Source of the DNA: an uncultured Lentisphaerota bacterium
GTDB taxonomy: Bacteria > Verrucomicrobiota > Kiritimatiellia > CAIQIC01
Length of the DNA stretch: 64,000 nt
Assembly: GCA_903912445.1 (NCBI GenBank)
Contig: CAIWHP010000110.1
Location: 15,612 to 79,611 of the forward strand
Reading direction: 5' to 3'
The notes beneath the pieces are model-generated. The model did no database searches, had not been told where the DNA came from, and worked only from the letters and a program-made list of their open reading frames with translations. Made by a program: the position numbers and the translations under genes. Below, piece by piece: positions 60,990 to 64,000 of this stretch (positions are counted from its first letter, which is position 1; each line of letters opens with the position of its first letter).

Positions 60990-62123
60990 TCAGGTGCGGA
61001 CTGTTTTCAGCGCGCGTAACAACCGGTCCCGCTGAGCTTCGCGGGAAAACAGGGGCTTGCCTGTAGCGTGCGCCTCCAGCCCGCGCACGGTGCGCGGGTT
61101 GATGCGGCCATCCGCGATAGCCTCGAAGAGTTCCTCGACGCGATCACTTTCGTAGAAGCAGCACTGGTCCACCAGCGAGGCGTCCACCCGGAAATCGCGC
61201 GATGAAGCGCACGCCTTCCCAAAGCCCTTGATGAGCGTTGAGGCCCCGGTGATCTTATACCGGTTGTAGACCGCGCAGTCGCGCACGGTGGCATCGATGA
61301 GGAACAGAACGATATCAACCTTGTGGAGTACACGGAAGAGCTCCTCAAAAGTCACATACGCATCGTAATATTGCACGACCGGATCGAGGTGATGATCCCG
61401 GATGAAGCTCCGGTAGTCCTCGGGCAGTTCGCCGACCAGGTGCAAAACGAAACCGGGAGGCCGGTCACCAGGCGACCATGCTGCAAGACTATTGAGCAAA
61501 CCCGCATAATTACGACGGTGTCCGCCGGCGGACCCAAAGACGGCCAGGTGCAAGGCGGGGTCGGCTGCCGGCTGCGCGGGAAGGTCCGTCGCCCTGGCGG
61601 ACTCGAACGCGCTGAACGAAATTGGCAATACATACTCTAGCGAACGGTATTCGGGATGATGTCCGGTCACGTAGCCGTGCACTTCCTCCGAGATGACCAG
61701 GTTCAGATCAAACGCGTCATAGATCAGCCGCATGCCGGGCTTGAGGAAGTACTGAAAGTTGTGGATGAGCTGCGCCTTCGGAACCCCTCTGAAGAAAGCC
61801 GCAATGAGCAACAGGTCGGGCAGTTCATAGGTCGAGTTGAAAATAACTAATTCGGGCCTGATGCCCTCCACAAGACGCCGGATCTGGCGGTACTTGCCTG
61901 GCATGCACAGCAAGCGCCTCCACCGGGGAGCCCGCTGGTTCCAGTCAAGCGGTATCGCGGTGTACAGGTGCCGGGTGCGCCGCAGCAAATCCACGTCCAA
62001 CAGGGACTGAGGGGCGATCACGTGGACCTCGTAGTCCTCGTGCAACAGGTCGATCAGAGGCAACAGCACTTCCTCATGGCTGTGACAGGGCTCCACCAGA
62101 CAGATAGCGGGTCTCCTGTTCAT
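60990..62123 (-). CDS. Hypothetical protein of the polysaccharide locus (possible GT-B-like transferase)
   Basis: Coding-quality ORF. ATGA overlap with the FkbM gene when started at 62123. No confident motif. Confidence 0.3.
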   Translation of the reverse strand: MNRRPAICLVEPCHSHEEVLLPLIDLLHEDYEVHVIAPQSLLDVDLLRRTRHLYTAIPLDWNQRAPRWRRLLCMPGKYRQIRRLVEGIRPELVIFNSTYELPDLLLIAAFFRGVPKAQLIHNFQYFLKPGMRLIYDAFDLNLVISEEVHGYVTGHHPEYRSLEYVLPISFSAFESARATDLPAQPAADPALHLAVFGSAGGHRRNYAGLLNSLAAWSPGDRPPGFVLHLVGELPEDYRSFIRDHHLDPVVQYYDAYVTFEELFRVLHKVDIVLFLIDATVRDCAVYNRYKITGASTLIKGFGKACASSRDFRVDASLVDQCCFYESDRVEELFEAIADGRINPRTVRGLEAHATGKPLFSREAQRDRLLRALKTVRT

Positions 62124-62971
62124 GAAAGGGCACACTCGCGATCGCCCGCCGCTGGCCTCGCTTTTTCCACAGGCACAGGTGCGGGGCGTGTCAAACCACG
62201 CTTATTCAGGAAGGCCAAGTGCTCTTCCATCAGAAAGAAATAGTCCGACGCCTGTTCCCTAGCCACGCGCGGGCGCACCTGATGCTCCTCCCAGACGTAC
62301 GCGCAGTAGCCCGTTTCCGTCAATATTTTGAACAGTTCGGCGGCCGCAGCAAGAGGATTGTCAGGGTCACCATTCACCTCGATCAAGAGCGCAGGCCGGT
62401 CACGACGCAGTGAGACCAGCGCGCCTTGAATACACGGCCACTCGTGCCCTTCGACATCGATCTTGATGAAACTAACCCGCTGCGTCTGACCTGCCAGGAG
62501 CGAGTCGATGCGGCGCGTTGCGACCCACACCTTCCGCCCCCCCCCCGTGCCGCCCAGGCAAGGACGATAATAATTTTCCACCCCGGACTCGTACGTGGGA
62601 ATCGACAGTTCCGCGCGACCATCACGGTCGGATAATGCGCACCGCACGATCGATACATTGTCGAGGTGAAGGGCCCGTCTTACATATTCAAGGATCGCGA
62701 TATTCCGAGGCAACGGCTCGACGGAGAGGACCTTTCCCGCCGGCCCGACCAGACCGCTGAGGAACTTGGCGTACATGCCGATGTTGCCACCGACATCCAG
62801 GACGCAATCGCCAGGCGCGACCAAATGCGCGATGATCGAGAAGTAGTCCTCGCTCGCCTCGGTCACGGCGGTCACGCAAGCCAAATAGTGGTGCCGGGTC
62901 ATCAGAACCTGGAGCGGCTCGGGCAGCACTTTGATGATAAAACGCTTGAGGCTGTTTGGTATAGTAGTCAC
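62120..62971 (-). CDS. FkbM-family SAM-dependent methyltransferase
   Basis: CVLDVGGNIGMYAKFLS, VSFIKIDVEGHEW. Confidence 0.7.
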   Translation of the reverse strand: MTTIPNSLKRFIIKVLPEPLQVLMTRHHYLACVTAVTEASEDYFSIIAHLVAPGDCVLDVGGNIGMYAKFLSGLVGPAGKVLSVEPLPRNIAILEYVRRALHLDNVSIVRCALSDRDGRAELSIPTYESGVENYYRPCLGGTGGGRKVWVATRRIDSLLAGQTQRVSFIKIDVEGHEWPCIQGALVSLRRDRPALLIEVNGDPDNPLAAAAELFKILTETGYCAYVWEEHQVRPRVAREQASDYFFLMEEHLAFLNKRGLTRPAPVPVEKARPAAGDRECALS

Positions 62972-63058
62972 AAGTGGCTAATGTTGGCTGACGTTTGATG
63001 CAACAGAACTTCTCCCGGTCAATTGCGCTTACTCCTGCCCTCGCCAGGCGGATGTGGA

Positions 63059-64000
63059 CTAGTTGCCCTGACGCCTTCGGATTCGTTCGGACATGAATTC
63101 GAGGATACGGCGCGCCCGCCGGTCGGCGTCGAAATTAACGGACCACTGCAAGGCCGCATGCGCCATCCGTTCCCGAAGAACCAAATTATCGCGCAGGCAG
63201 ATCACGGCTTGACGGATGGCTCCCATATCAAGCGGGTCCGTACGGATAGAAACATCCGGGTTCAAGATCTCGTCGTTGAACGCCCCGGTCGAACTGATGA
63301 CGGGGAGCCCGCAGGCCAAGGCTTCGATGATCGCATTACAACACCCTTCGTCCATCGTCGGCAGCACAAAGGCATCACACCCCGAAAGGATCTCCGGCAC
63401 CTGTGCGTGTGCCAACGCGCGGCAGAAGACCACATTCCCTCCGCGGGGAACAGGCACACCCGCGCCCACAAAGACACCACCCACCCCCGGCAAGCCGTCG
63501 AGGGCCTGGCAAATCCGCTCCTGCCCCTTGCGGTGCTCGAAACTACCCACGCAGGCAACCAGAAACCGGTCGTTCGGCAACCCCCACTTATGGCGCATCT
63601 GTGCGCGGTCCTTGGGAAAGAAGACCCGCCGGTTCACGGCATTGGGGAACACGCCCACCTGGTCGCCACCGAACCCGAAATCCCGCGCCAGCAGAGCCGC
63701 CACATGGGCCGAGTTCGCAATGAAGCCCGTAGCGGGGGCCAATGCGCAGCGGGCCCGCTCCACGCCAACATACTCGGCCGTGTCCAGAGTACGATTCCCT
63801 GATATTTCGCCTGCCGCAGGGAATGCGGGCAGGCCGAACTCCTGACCCAAGCGGACAACGCAGGCCCCGGAGGGATACAGGAAATGCCCGTAGAGCACCT
63901 CCACCCTTCTCAACTTGCGTGCCAGCACGGACCGCACCGCCCGCCGGTGCAATAAACAGGTCAGGTCAAACGTATTCCAGATTCCAATTCGTTTGGAAGA
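63059..64000 (-). CDS. Glycosyltransferase family 4 (GT-B), 5' end outside window
   Basis: The frame stays open from 63952 to the window edge. FVLPTMDEGCCNAIIEALACGLPVISS. VFPNAVN. Confidence 0.8.
   Translation of the reverse strand, partial: SSKRIGIWNTFDLTCLLHRRAVRSVLARKLRRVEVLYGHFLYPSGACVVRLGQEFGLPAFPAAGEISGNRTLDTAEYVGVERARCALAPATGFIANSAHVAALLARDFGFGGDQVGVFPNAVNRRVFFPKDRAQMRHKWGLPNDRFLVACVGSFEHRKGQERICQALDGLPGVGGVFVGAGVPVPRGGNVVFCRALAHAQVPEILSGCDAFVLPTMDEGCCNAIIEALACGLPVISSTGAFNDEILNPDVSIRTDPLDMGAIRQAVICLRDNLVLRERMAHAALQWSVNFDADRRARRILEFMSERIRRRQGN

Overview
This is a 64-kb high-GC bacterial chromosome segment (about 60-65% GC by eye). The gene content (many sulfatases, arylsulfotransferase-like propellers, DUF1566, a SWIB domain, a CHASE2 cyclase) suggests a PVC-group organism, Verrucomicrobiota/Planctomycetota-like; this is inference only.

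Layout:
(i) 1-22.2 kb: a mostly plus-strand cluster of secreted enzymes acting on sulfated glycans. It holds a PEBP-domain protein, two tandem arylsulfotransferase-like proteins, two sulfatases, a TlpA-like thioredoxin, a metallophosphoesterase, DUF1566, a DUF2341-LamG-SASA esterase, a PDZ/HEAT protein interrupted by an in-frame TGA, an alpha/beta hydrolase and a 991-aa unknown.
(ii) 22.6-27.2 kb: an outer-membrane barrel protein, a 563-aa protein with a His-less HisKA-like tail, and RlmD-like and RluA-like RNA modification enzymes.
(iii) 27.5-30.9 kb: a low-GC insertion bracketed by ~80-bp direct repeats. It carries a stand-alone TIR-like (Cap12/Pycsar-effector-type) protein plus an overlapping vsr - m5C methyltransferase - GIY-YIG nuclease operon.
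(iv) 30.9-35.5 kb: a CHASE2 adenylate/guanylate cyclase, an MBL-fold hydrolase and an MscS channel with a cNMP-binding domain.
(v) 35.6-44.5 kb: an M48 peptidase, an SH3 protein, a beta-propeller/di-haem peroxidase-like protein, a RidA/FkbO-like protein, an esterase and a glycoside hydrolase.
(vi) tRNA-Gly(CCC) at 44587-44661, followed by about 4 kb of lower-GC DNA with truncated or frameshifted genes.
(vii) 48.6-64 kb: an orphan NusG paralog, then a single minus-strand locus of 13 polysaccharide genes followed by a receiver-histidine kinase and a stand-alone receiver. The priming phosphoglycosyl transferase in this locus carries a C-terminal receiver domain.

An AT-rich palindrome (TTTTCCAAGGNCTTGGAAAA type) recurs about 18 times, mostly as phased pairs or triplets upstream of secreted-enzyme genes.

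The best candidates for something undescribed are the TIR-like/R-M insertion, the receiver-controlled priming glycosyltransferase phosphorelay, and the phased palindrome set. All functional calls rest on motif recognition by eye; no database search was run.
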